NCBI GenBank assembly: GCA_003522725.1
Contig: DPIG01000063.1
Coordinates: 2,641 to 57,551, forward strand
DNA length: 54,911 bases
Origin: Candidatus Omnitrophota bacterium
GTDB taxonomy: Bacteria; Omnitrophota; Gorgyraeia; Zapsychrales; Zapsychraceae
Reading direction: 5' to 3'
This document shows positions 27,597-36,412 of the stretch, piece by piece (position 1 is the first letter of the stretch; each line of letters begins with the position of its first letter). The notes beneath the pieces were generated by a model that did no database searches, was not told the DNA's origin, and saw nothing but the letters and a program-made list of their open reading frames with translations. Made by a program: the position numbers and the translations under genes.

Positions 27597-28235
27597 ATGA
27601 GAAAATGGATTGCAGGATTAGTGGTTGTGCTAACGCTTTGCGGAATGAACGCAAAGGCCGAAGCCGTGATCTTGGATTTTGAAGGACTCACCGCAGCCTC
27701 AGCGGAAAGCCTTATAGCAAGTAATCAAGGATACGGAGGATTTACCTGGGATACTTCAGGATGGTATCTTTATAGCGATACGTCTTATCCGAATCCCGCT
27801 CATTCCGGCCATTATGGACTGGTGAACAATCACGGAGCGAATCCCATTGGATTATCTTCAGCTTCTCCGTTTGATTTTACGGGTGCTTGGGTCTCCGGAT
27901 GGTACTTTAATTCCCCGCAACAGATAAAGGCACAGGGGTTTGACGCGGGCAATTCTTTGATCGCGGAAACGGATTGGTTCCCGCTGGTCGTCAGCGAAAA
28001 CCATTTTCTGACCGCGAATTTTGCAGGAGTATCCAGAGTGAACTTTGTCGGTGGACAATATTATACCCTGGATGATTTTACCTTTGATGAAAACGATGAG
28101 AATCCCGTGGAAGAAAACAACAACGTCGAGAATCCCGTGGAAGAAAACAACAACGTCATCCCCGAACCGGCCACGATGGCTCTTTTAGGAAGCGGCCTTT
28201 TAGGATTTGTCGGATTACGCAAAAAAAGAAGCTAA
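27597..28235 (+). CDS. PEP-CTERM sorted surface protein
   Basis: Signal peptide (AKAEA), LDFEG..LDDFTF beta domain, IPEPATMALLGSGLLGFVGLRKKRS C-terminus. Confidence 0.92.
   Translation: MRKWIAGLVVVLTLCGMNAKAEAVILDFEGLTAASAESLIASNQGYGGFTWDTSGWYLYSDTSYPNPAHSGHYGLVNNHGANPIGLSSASPFDFTGAWVSGWYFNSPQQIKAQGFDAGNSLIAETDWFPLVVSENHFLTANFAGVSRVNFVGGQYYTLDDFTFDENDENPVEENNNVENPVEENNNVIPEPATMALLGSGLLGFVGLRKKRS
28098..28157 (+). repeat. Perfect 30-bp direct repeat x2 (ENPVEENNNV) in the linker before PEP
   Basis: GAGAATCCCGTGGAAGAAAACAACAACGTC occurs twice in tandem. Confidence 0.95.
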
Positions 28236-28275
28236 AAGTTTTCATACATTTTGAGGAAAGGAGGTTGAGATAGTT

Positions 28276-28563
28276 ATGCAGAAAAAATACGTACATGCAA
28301 TGAAAGTGCTTGCGCTGGCTCTCTTGCTTCCTTGCCTCTATGGCTGCCAAGGCGGCGGTGGTGCAGGGGGTGGTGGCAGTAGCAGCGGCGCCTCTTTGAG
28401 CAGTTTCGCGTTCGATGGTGGTACGGACACGACAACAAGCACACAACTGGGCACGATCCACAACCCGGAACCAGCAACCATGCTCCTTTTTGGAAGCGGG
28501 ATCGTCGCGATGAGATTCGCGCGCAACCGAAAAAACCGCATCCCACGAGACCAAAAGAGGTAA
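28276..28563 (+). CDS. Small lipoprotein with Gly/Ser/Thr linker and PEP-CTERM tail
   Basis: AGGGAGG SD upstream; lipobox LYG|C24; HNPEPATMLLFGSGIVAMRFARNRK. Confidence 0.8.
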   Translation: MQKKYVHAMKVLALALLLPCLYGCQGGGGAGGGGSSSGASLSSFAFDGGTDTTTSTQLGTIHNPEPATMLLFGSGIVAMRFARNRKNRIPRDQKR

Positions 28564-28606
28564 ACAAGACTAATCAACACTGGTTCTTGTCTCATGCATA
28601 AAACAC

Positions 28607-28644
28607 AAAAAAGGCAGATTATTGAAAAATAATCTGCCTTTTTT
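28607..28644. terminator. Intrinsic (bidirectional) terminator ending the sigma54 PEP operon
   Basis: AAAAAAGGCAGATTATT-GAAA-AATAATCTGCCTTTTTT perfect stem. Confidence 0.9.
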
Positions 28645-28671
28645 ATGCCCAAGAAATCGCCGCTATACCGA

Positions 28672-28700
28672 TTGACAGTACAAACAAGCTGTGTTAAGAT
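28672..28700 (+). promoter_or_regulatory. sigma70 promoter of the membrane protein-TPR-kinase-regulator operon
   Basis: TTGACA-17 bp-TAAGAT with TGn. Confidence 0.65.
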
Positions 28701-28749
28701 TCTCGCAATTCATTCAAACACAAGGACTTAATAAACCCACGGCAGGGAC

Positions 28750-29619
28750 ATGGCCCAAAAATTCCAAAAGAAAATTATTCCACTCCTTCGCGAATCAGTA
28801 AATTCCTTTGTTGCGAATCCAATCATCCTGTTCCCTTTTGTGACAACGGCTTTTATCCAGTTGTTCATCCTTGAGATCATCTATTTCGCCCCACGCTTTC
28901 CACTCGTTTATTTCTTCGGCCCTATTATCCGCAGGATGGCGGGGGAGGCGTACCTGCACTATCCGCAACATTTGCTTATCCTGCCGAAATGGTTCCAGAC
29001 CGCCCAATATTTTCTTTTTATATTTGTCAGCAGTTTCCTGATCGCCGTTGCCATCGAGATCATCAAAAACGTCAACAACAACAAAAAGGTGACGTTTGCT
29101 AACGCGCTGCGCGCCATGTTACCGCAGTACGTTCACATTTGCCTGGCAGCCATCCTGACATTTTTCGTATTCTACGCTCTTTCCAAGCTTCAAGGATCGA
29201 TCATAGGCCGGGCCTTACAGATCCGTTCGGACGCGGGTATTTTTTATATGGTCAAGGCGGTTGTCCTCTACGGAGCACCGTATTTCAATCTATTAATCGG
29301 AACCTTCGCCACCGCCGTGTTTGCCTTTGTGCTTCCGCTTATCGTTATCGAACATAAAAAAGTTCTTCAGGCGGTTGTCCTTAACTTCAAATATCTTTGG
29401 GGATCTTTCTGGTTTATTTTCTTTGTTGTCTTGATCCCGATGTTATTTTATGTCCCCGTTTTATTATTACAAAGCAACCTGTCCTCCATCGCCAGCCAGA
29501 CGTTAGAAGGAGTGCGGTTACTGTCGCCGGCCATCAGCATTATCGTGCTGACCTTCATCGATGCCACGGTGTATACCGCCGTCACAATCCACTTTTTATT
29601 GAAGAAAGAATCGGCATGA
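28750..29619 (+). CDS. Polytopic membrane protein, unknown function
   Basis: ~6-7 hydrophobic segments; ATGA overlap with the TPR gene. Confidence 0.6.
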   Translation: MAQKFQKKIIPLLRESVNSFVANPIILFPFVTTAFIQLFILEIIYFAPRFPLVYFFGPIIRRMAGEAYLHYPQHLLILPKWFQTAQYFLFIFVSSFLIAVAIEIIKNVNNNKKVTFANALRAMLPQYVHICLAAILTFFVFYALSKLQGSIIGRALQIRSDAGIFYMVKAVVLYGAPYFNLLIGTFATAVFAFVLPLIVIEHKKVLQAVVLNFKYLWGSFWFIFFVVLIPMLFYVPVLLLQSNLSSIASQTLEGVRLLSPAISIIVLTFIDATVYTAVTIHFLLKKESA

Positions 29620-30515
29620 AAAAAGTTATTCCAATCTATCTCGGTATCCTCGCTGGCGTCTTTGTCCTGCTTTCCCTGCTTGGTCGCAACAGCGATTATG
29701 CCATTGAGCAAGCGGCCTGGAAACTCCAAAGAGAATATATTGACATCCTCAAAGACCCTAAAGTCGTGCCGGAACAAACATTTGCCAGGATCATCAAGGA
29801 TTATCAAAAGATCATCGAGCGGTATCCTGACTCCAAACTCACTCCGGGGCTCCGGATGATAGTGGGGAACGTCTACCTTGTGAAAAAGGATTATGAAACC
29901 TCCCGGGAGAAATTCAATGAGATCATCAAACTTTACCCGCAGAACAAAGAATTGCAGGCGCAGGCTCACAGTGCCATCGGAAGGACTTATGAGGCCCAGG
30001 ACAATTGGCCCGGGGCCAGAAAAGTCTATGACCGTATCGTTGCCGACTATGCGCTGACCCGGACCGGGCTGGGCGTCCCGATCCATATCGCCAATCATTA
30101 CAAGGCGCAGAACGATTACCAGAAGGCCATGGACGCGTATGACCGGGCGATCGCGCATTACAACACTCTGGCGGCCCAGAATCCGGATTCACCCGCAGAA
30201 TACAGCTCACTACGCTATCTTGGCAATTGCTATTTGGACCAAAAGCGATGGAGGGAGGCGGTGGAAGTTTTTGGCAAAGTCACGGATAAATATGGCCGCC
30301 CCGAGCACATGAATATCCGCACCCTCGATACCATCCTCAAGACCATCAATACGGTTTCTGTTTATCAATTAAAAAACTATGAATTTCCACTACAGATATA
30401 TCAGGACATCATCGCCAAAAATCCAAACCATCCCTGGAAAAGCTATTTCCAGAAAATGATCGATACCCTGTCAACACTAAAAGCCAAAAGTGTCCAGGTT
30501 CCACAGACACAGTAA
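29616..30515 (+). CDS. Membrane-anchored tetratricopeptide-repeat protein (PrsT-like position)
   Basis: N-terminal TM; repeated TPR/YP patterns (IIERYPDS, IIKLYPQN, LGNCY..WREAVEVF). Confidence 0.8.
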   Translation: MKKVIPIYLGILAGVFVLLSLLGRNSDYAIEQAAWKLQREYIDILKDPKVVPEQTFARIIKDYQKIIERYPDSKLTPGLRMIVGNVYLVKKDYETSREKFNEIIKLYPQNKELQAQAHSAIGRTYEAQDNWPGARKVYDRIVADYALTRTGLGVPIHIANHYKAQNDYQKAMDAYDRAIAHYNTLAAQNPDSPAEYSSLRYLGNCYLDQKRWREAVEVFGKVTDKYGRPEHMNIRTLDTILKTINTVSVYQLKNYEFPLQIYQDIIAKNPNHPWKSYFQKMIDTLSTLKAKSVQVPQTQ

Positions 30516-30533
30516 AAACAATCCGGGAACGTC

Positions 30534-31829
30534 ATGGGACTCTTCACGAAAACAGAACAGGAAGACAAAGCGCAGCTTGACGCCTTTCAGCAAATTAGCG
30601 AGATATGCGCGCTCGTGGCCACAGCCCTTAACGAACATGATCTGCTGGAAAAATCTCTTCAGCAAATCATGCGCCTTGTCGGCGCGACCAGGGGTTCCAT
30701 TTTTCTTCTTGACCCCGATGGCAAAGACCTGACCCTCCAAACTGCCATTGGCCTCAAGAAAGACGAACAAAAACAAATGATTAAAAAAATGGGGGAAGGG
30801 ATCATCGGCCACGTGGCCAAGCGCAAACTCCCCATCGTCGTCGACGATATCGAAACGGACGACCGTTTTCATGACTTCAAGGCCCGCAAAAGCTACCGGA
30901 CACCTTCATTTATTTGCGCGCCGCTGATTATCAAAGACCGGCTCATCGGTGTTATAAACATTACGGATAAGGAATCAGGCCTGCGCTTCACGAAAAACGA
31001 GATGCAGCTGCTCGATTTTCTCTCCAGCCAGATTGCCCTGAACCATCGCCGCATTGAGTTGTACCAAAAATTCAAAAACATCGTCAGAGAAACGCAGACC
31101 CTCAAAGACCGGCTTGGCCAAAGCGACCAGGAAGCCCAAAACCTTAAGAAACAGATCCACATCCATGAACGGCTTGCCACCATCGGCAAACTCGCCGGCG
31201 GCATCGCGCACGAATTTAATAATCCTCTGGATGGGGTCATGCGCTACACCAACCTTTGCCTCGAACACATCAAAGACGATGAGGTCGTCCGCGGGTATCT
31301 TCTGGAAATCAAACACGGGCTTAACCGGATGGCCAATATCGTCAAAAATTTGCTGGCGTGCTCGCGTAACGAATTGCCGCGGGGCGAACAGCGCATCAAC
31401 TTTCAGCAGGCCCTGGAGAGGTCGCTGGCCGGCGTCCATACGGACATCGAACATAAAAATATCAAGGTCGAAAAAAAGATCGAGGGAAATATCCCGCTCA
31501 TCAGAGACCTGGGACTGGAGCGCATCCTCGCCAACATTATCCGCAACGCCGTGGAAGCCATTGAAAGCGATAGCGGAAAGATCACCATCGAGGCCGGATG
31601 TCAAAATGACACACTCCATATCAAGATCGATGACACGGGCGTTGGCATCCCAGCGGGCGACGGGGAAAGAATTTTTGAGCCATTTTACACCACAAAATCC
31701 ATTAACAAAGGCTGCGGGCTAGGCCTGACGATTGTCGGTGAAATCGTCAAGGCCTACAACGGCAAGATCCATGTAAAAAGTGACCCAGGTAAACAAACCA
31801 CATTTTTCGTCGATCTGCCCCTGCAATAA
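30534..31829 (+). CDS. Cytoplasmic GAF-domain sensor histidine kinase (PrsK-like context)
   Basis: GAF (GEGIIGHVA, GVINITDK), H-box GIAHEFNNPL, N-box NAVEA, G1 DTGVGI, F IFEPFYTTK, G2 GLGL. Confidence 0.92.
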   Translation: MGLFTKTEQEDKAQLDAFQQISEICALVATALNEHDLLEKSLQQIMRLVGATRGSIFLLDPDGKDLTLQTAIGLKKDEQKQMIKKMGEGIIGHVAKRKLPIVVDDIETDDRFHDFKARKSYRTPSFICAPLIIKDRLIGVINITDKESGLRFTKNEMQLLDFLSSQIALNHRRIELYQKFKNIVRETQTLKDRLGQSDQEAQNLKKQIHIHERLATIGKLAGGIAHEFNNPLDGVMRYTNLCLEHIKDDEVVRGYLLEIKHGLNRMANIVKNLLACSRNELPRGEQRINFQQALERSLAGVHTDIEHKNIKVEKKIEGNIPLIRDLGLERILANIIRNAVEAIESDSGKITIEAGCQNDTLHIKIDDTGVGIPAGDGERIFEPFYTTKSINKGCGLGLTIVGEIVKAYNGKIHVKSDPGKQTTFFVDLPLQ

Positions 31830-33232
31830 TGATCATGGTCAATAAAACAGGAAAAACCGTACAAATATTGATCGTTGACGACGAACCATTGATCCGCAAA
31901 TCGCTTTATGAAATCTTGCGGATCGAGGGCTACCGGGTCCAGATGGCCGAAACAGGGGAGGAGGCCCTGGGGATCCTCAAAAAAGAACGCATTGACATTG
32001 TCGTGACGGATTTCCAGTTGCCCAAAATGAACGGGATCGCGCTTCTCGAGGAGATCAAGCGCTGGTCTCTGAAAACAGAGGTCATCCTCATCACCGGCTA
32101 CGGCACTATCGAGTCGGCCGTCGCGGCGATGAAAAAAGGCGCGTTCGATTACATCACCAAACCGATCAACGACAGTGAGATCAAGATCATCATCCAGAAA
32201 CTGATCGAAAAGAAACAGATCGTCGATGAAAACGAAGAATTAAAGCAGATCATAGCGAAGGGACGGCGTGATCATTTTTGCGACCTGATCGGCGCCAGCG
32301 CCAGGATCCAGGAGGTTTACCGTATCATTGATTCGGTCGCCAGCAGCAACGCCACGATCCTCATTACCGGGGAAAGCGGAACCGGCAAAGGTATGGTCGC
32401 CCGGGCGATCCACCAAACGGACCAGACGCGCAAGGACAAACCCTTCGTTGAGATCAGTTGCGGGGCCTTGACCGAGACGCTCCTTGAAAGCGAGCTGTTC
32501 GGCCATATGAAAGGGGCTTTCACAGGGGCCATCAAGGACAAGGAGGGCCGCTTCGAATACGCCCGCGGCGGCACCATTTTCCTGGATGAGATCGATGCCT
32601 TTTCCCCGACCTTGCAGGTAAAACTGCTGCGTGTTTTGCAGGAAGGCATTTTTGAGCGGGTGGGGGATAACACGCCGCGCCGGGCGGAAGCGCGTATCAT
32701 TGTGGCCACGAATCAGGACCTTACGGACCTGGCGCGTCAAGGCAAATTCCGCGAAGACCTTTATTACCGCATTAACGTCATTTGCGTGCAGGTGCCGCCC
32801 TTGCGAGACCGCAAAGAAGACATCCCGATTTTAATCGGCCATTTTCTAAAGAAATATTGCCGCGTCAATAATAAAAAGGTCGCCGGCGTGGCCGGGGACG
32901 TGCAAAAAATGTTCATGGAATATTCCTGGCCGGGGAACATCCGCGAACTGGAAAACGCCATTGAAGGGGCCGTCATTATGACCAAAGGGACTACCGTCAA
33001 TAAAACAGACGTCCCCAATTTCTCAAAATTCGCGATCGATCATTCAAAATCTTCGAAATCATCCGAAAAAAATCTCAAGCGCGCCGTTGAACAGCCCGAA
33101 AAAGAGCACATTATCGCGATCCTCAAGGACTGCAACTGGAACCGCAACAAGGCGGCCGCCTCTTTGGGGGTGAACCGGACGACGCTGTATAACAAGATGA
33201 AAAAATACAATATCAGCGAAGAAACAATCTGA
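31829..33232 (+). CDS. sigma54-dependent NtrC-family response regulator (PrsR-like context)
   Basis: Receiver domain, GESGTGK, ESELFGH, intact GAFTGA, FLDEI, WPGNIREL, Fis-type HTH. Confidence 0.95.
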   Translation: MIMVNKTGKTVQILIVDDEPLIRKSLYEILRIEGYRVQMAETGEEALGILKKERIDIVVTDFQLPKMNGIALLEEIKRWSLKTEVILITGYGTIESAVAAMKKGAFDYITKPINDSEIKIIIQKLIEKKQIVDENEELKQIIAKGRRDHFCDLIGASARIQEVYRIIDSVASSNATILITGESGTGKGMVARAIHQTDQTRKDKPFVEISCGALTETLLESELFGHMKGAFTGAIKDKEGRFEYARGGTIFLDEIDAFSPTLQVKLLRVLQEGIFERVGDNTPRRAEARIIVATNQDLTDLARQGKFREDLYYRINVICVQVPPLRDRKEDIPILIGHFLKKYCRVNNKKVAGVAGDVQKMFMEYSWPGNIRELENAIEGAVIMTKGTTVNKTDVPNFSKFAIDHSKSSKSSEKNLKRAVEQPEKEHIIAILKDCNWNRNKAAASLGVNRTTLYNKMKKYNISEETI

Positions 33233-34266
33233 TGCTCAACGAAGACGCTTCCCGACAACTTGCCCTGAAAGTCATCAATAAAGAAAAATGGTGGGACGTT
33301 TTGTCCCGTTTTATTGATGTTCTGCACATCAACATATTCATTGTTGACCGCAAGGGGCTTACCATCTTGCCCCCGGAAGAAGGCAAATACGGCGGCCGCT
33401 TGCTTACGGATCGTTCGTTGGGATTTCGTCCCGCCCAGGAAGCCTCCGAATTTCTGAAAAAATTCGAGCAATACGGCTCTTATCTGGAATACGCCAGCCC
33501 TCTTAATTTGCACCAGTTCGCCATCCCGATCAACATAAACGGGGAAGGGGGACTTTTGGGATACATGATCGTTGGCCCGGTCATCCTGAACAAACGCCTG
33601 GGAAATGCCGAATACGCCGCCCTTGCCCGTGAACGTAATATCCCGGCACAAGATCTGGTCAATGAGGTCAACGGCCTGCGGGTGGTTTCCAACGTGATGA
33701 TAAATTCCATTCTGGACCTCCTCTCCGAGATCGTCAAAAACAACATAGAATTAAGCGGCATCAAGAGTGAAATGCGCCAGCAAGGGGAAGGCGAAGAAGG
33801 CTTCTCCGAAGAGATCAAAGAGGCGGCCAAAGACCTTTACTCTACGGTCTGTTTGGATGAGCTGTTAGTGACCCTTCTAGACGTGGCCCTGAAAATGACC
33901 AATACCGAATGCGGCTCGATCATGGTGGTGGACCAGGAAAGACAAGGGGATCTGACCATTAAAGTCTCCCGGGGGCTTAAAGAGTCCCGGATCAAAAATA
34001 CCCGCGTCCGCATCGGTGAAGGGATTGCCGGTCTGGCTGCCAAGGAAAACAGACCATTTGTGATCCATGGGCAGCAAGCGGGGGACAACCGGATCAAGCC
34101 CTTTTTACAGAGGCCGGAGATTCAGCATTCCCTGATCATGCCCCTGATGGCCAAGCGCCGGATTTTCGGGGTCCTCAATCTACATACCCGGGAAGCCCAC
34201 TGCAATATTGAAAACAATATCGAAAATCTCCAATATCTCTCTAACCTGCTTTCATCAGTTGTTTGA
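33232..34266 (+). CDS. PocR-like sensor + GAF domain protein without an output domain
   Basis: N-terminal PocR-like pattern (FAIPI..GYMIVGPV); C-terminal GAF (GSIMVVD, GEGIAG, GVLNL); TGATG coupling. Confidence 0.65.
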   Translation: MLNEDASRQLALKVINKEKWWDVLSRFIDVLHINIFIVDRKGLTILPPEEGKYGGRLLTDRSLGFRPAQEASEFLKKFEQYGSYLEYASPLNLHQFAIPININGEGGLLGYMIVGPVILNKRLGNAEYAALARERNIPAQDLVNEVNGLRVVSNVMINSILDLLSEIVKNNIELSGIKSEMRQQGEGEEGFSEEIKEAAKDLYSTVCLDELLVTLLDVALKMTNTECGSIMVVDQERQGDLTIKVSRGLKESRIKNTRVRIGEGIAGLAAKENRPFVIHGQQAGDNRIKPFLQRPEIQHSLIMPLMAKRRIFGVLNLHTREAHCNIENNIENLQYLSNLLSSVV

Positions 34267-34321
34267 TCCTGCCGAATAAAACTCGCGACAAAAACCTTTT
34301 TAAAAAACCTTTTTAAAAAGC

Positions 34322-34430
34322 TTGTTATCAGAAAAAACTTGATTTATAATAAGCATATGCTCAAATTAAATAGTGCGTTATTTCGAGCAACTGCTCACAA
34401 TAATACAGACATCACGGAAAGCATATGACA
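34322..34430 (+). promoter_or_regulatory. sigma70 promoter plus three GAGCATATGCTC-like boxes at 34-bp spacing
   Basis: TTGTTA-17 bp-TATAAT; boxes start at 34351, 34385 and 34419. Confidence 0.55.
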
Positions 34431-34856
34431 CGCCGCGGCAGACGAAAAAAGGTCCGCTACATCCAGAAAATGCCCAAAACAGCCCAGTTTAGCCCCCGGG
34501 GGAACCCGGGACGGCCGGATGAGGTTCAACTGAACATCGACCACTATGAGGCGATAAAGCTGGCTGATCATCAAGGCTATAGCCAATCCGAGGGCGCCCA
34601 AGCCATGGGCATTTCGCGGCCCACATTTGGCCGGATTTTGCGGGAAGCCCGAAAGATCCTGGCGGACGCCCTTACTAACAGCAAAATAATCCGTATCCGG
34701 ACCGGAGACACGCAAGTGGGGGTACGCCCGCACAATCTGCCTGCGAAGCGTCAATTGCTCGAGCCAGCCCCAAAACCCACCCAAAGACTCACCGAAGCGG
34801 GCATCCGCGACGATATCTTGAAATTTCAGCCCAGCCGGGCACCCAATAAAAGCTGA
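34425..34856 (+). CDS. DUF134 (UPF0251) DNA-binding protein
   Basis: FSPRG, YEAIKLAD..GYSQSEGAQAMGISRPTFGRIL..ARK.LADAL. Confidence 0.85.
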   Translation: MTRRGRRKKVRYIQKMPKTAQFSPRGNPGRPDEVQLNIDHYEAIKLADHQGYSQSEGAQAMGISRPTFGRILREARKILADALTNSKIIRIRTGDTQVGVRPHNLPAKRQLLEPAPKPTQRLTEAGIRDDILKFQPSRAPNKS

Positions 34857-34873
34857 TTGCACCACTCTCTACA

Positions 34874-34901
34874 ACTTCTTATAATACATATTATGTTAAC
34901 T
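34874..34901. other. dif: dif-like XerC/XerD recombination site (probable chromosome terminus)
   Basis: ACTTCTTATAA-TACATA-TTATGTTAACT: 11-6-11 architecture, near-canonical XerD arm; gene strand bias flips here. Confidence 0.85.
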
Positions 34902-35144
34902 ACTGGAATAGGAGAATTATCCGTCTAATGCCATATTGCTCTAGGGGTTGTGTGAATTTTATGTTGTCCTGTTAAAATCTGTGCATAGATTTACCCGAAT
35001 TAAGTCCGTCCATAAAACAACGGCGCTTCTTTAGCAGAATGCGTCATTTTAAGGCAGAATATCCGGAAAATATGCAGATTTATCCTCCCTCCGGTTTTGG
35101 CAAAAAAGTCAAGGGAGGATTGAAAGGAACAGCTGACAGGACCC

Positions 35145-35555
35145 TTAGAATTGAATAATATCAGGGGTCTTTTGGTGCGGGGTCATGGCTTCGGCCCAAT
35201 CAATGGTCACTTCGGCCAAGACAAAATTGGGGTCATCCGGACTGCCAAAATACTGCTTTAACATCGGGACGTTGTCCCAAAGGATGGTCTTTTTCTCAAT
35301 ATCCGCGCTGATCCTGGCATGACCGGCAACACGGCAATACCACATTTTCCGGTCCACAAAGCAAAATTCAACCCTGGGGTTTCTTTTGATGTCCGCAATG
35401 CTCCGGGAGCGGGCCAAAAAGGCCACCAAAAGCTGTTTCTCATCTTCCAATAAATAAGGCATCATCGGGCGCACGCGCGGCTGGTTACCATCCATGGTTG
35501 CCAAATATCCAAAACCGGCATCCCTGATCAGGTCAACAGCTTCTTCCTTTTTCAT
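35145..35555 (-). CDS. Pyridoxamine 5'-phosphate oxidase-like FMN-binding split-barrel protein
   Basis: YLATMDGNQPRVRPM, NPRVEFC, DDPNFVL. Confidence 0.8.
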   Translation of the reverse strand: MKKEEAVDLIRDAGFGYLATMDGNQPRVRPMMPYLLEDEKQLLVAFLARSRSIADIKRNPRVEFCFVDRKMWYCRVAGHARISADIEKKTILWDNVPMLKQYFGSPDDPNFVLAEVTIDWAEAMTPHQKTPDIIQF

Positions 35556-35587
35556 CGCTCCATCCTTTCTCTATAATATCTTTATCT

Positions 35588-36406
35588 TTACGATTCATCA
35601 AATTTCTCCTTAACCCTGAATTTATCGGTCCCTAAAAACGCGGCATTTTTTACCGCCACCATTTCCGCGGCGATGGAAACAGCGATCTCTTCCGGGGTCT
35701 GGGCTCCGATATCCACTCCGGCCGGTATTTTGACCCGGTTAAACCGGGCCTGGGAAACCCCCATTTTCTTCAAGCGCCCAAAGAATTTCACCCTCTTGGC
35801 CCTGCTGGAAATGACGCCCAAATAACCGGCATTGGTGTTAATGGCGGCTCTAAGACATTCAAAATCATATTCATTGCCTTGGGTCACGACCATAATATAG
35901 GTGTGCTGGTCAATGGCTAATCGGGACAATTTTTTGGCATGGTCGCCTACGATAATCCGGTCCACATGGGGGAAACGCCTGAAATTCGCGAACTCTTTGC
36001 GGTTATCGATAACGGTCACCTTAAAATTCAGCATCTTGCCTATCACCGACAGCGGCAAGGCAATATGCCCCGCGCCGCAGATCACAAAATGCCTGGATCC
36101 CTTAAAAGGCTCGATAAAGACCTTGATCTGGCCGCCGCAAACGGATTGCCCAACCCCGCCAAAATAATCATAAGCCACCAGAGAAGTCTTGCCGGATTTA
36201 ATCGCCTTGAGGCATTCTTTCTGGACCGCCTTTTCGTTGCGTCCCCCTCCGATGGACCCCCAGAGGGTCCCATCCTCCAGGACGATCATTTTGGCCCCCG
36301 CCTTGCGCGGAGTCCCCTTGACGGTGGAATCCACCAGCGTGGCCACGGCATAGCTCCGGCCTTTTTCACTGGCCCGCAGGGCCTTAATCAATAATTCGTG
36401 TTCCAT
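35588..36406 (-). CDS. xdhC: XdhC/CoxI molybdoenzyme accessory protein
   Basis: GTPRKAGAKM, GSIGGG, CGG, GAGHIA, GVDIGAQTPEEIAVSIAAE. Confidence 0.9.
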   Translation of the reverse strand: MEHELLIKALRASEKGRSYAVATLVDSTVKGTPRKAGAKMIVLEDGTLWGSIGGGRNEKAVQKECLKAIKSGKTSLVAYDYFGGVGQSVCGGQIKVFIEPFKGSRHFVICGAGHIALPLSVIGKMLNFKVTVIDNRKEFANFRRFPHVDRIIVGDHAKKLSRLAIDQHTYIMVVTQGNEYDFECLRAAINTNAGYLGVISSRAKRVKFFGRLKKMGVSQARFNRVKIPAGVDIGAQTPEEIAVSIAAEMVAVKNAAFLGTDKFRVKEKFDES

Positions 36407-36412
36407 GTTTTT

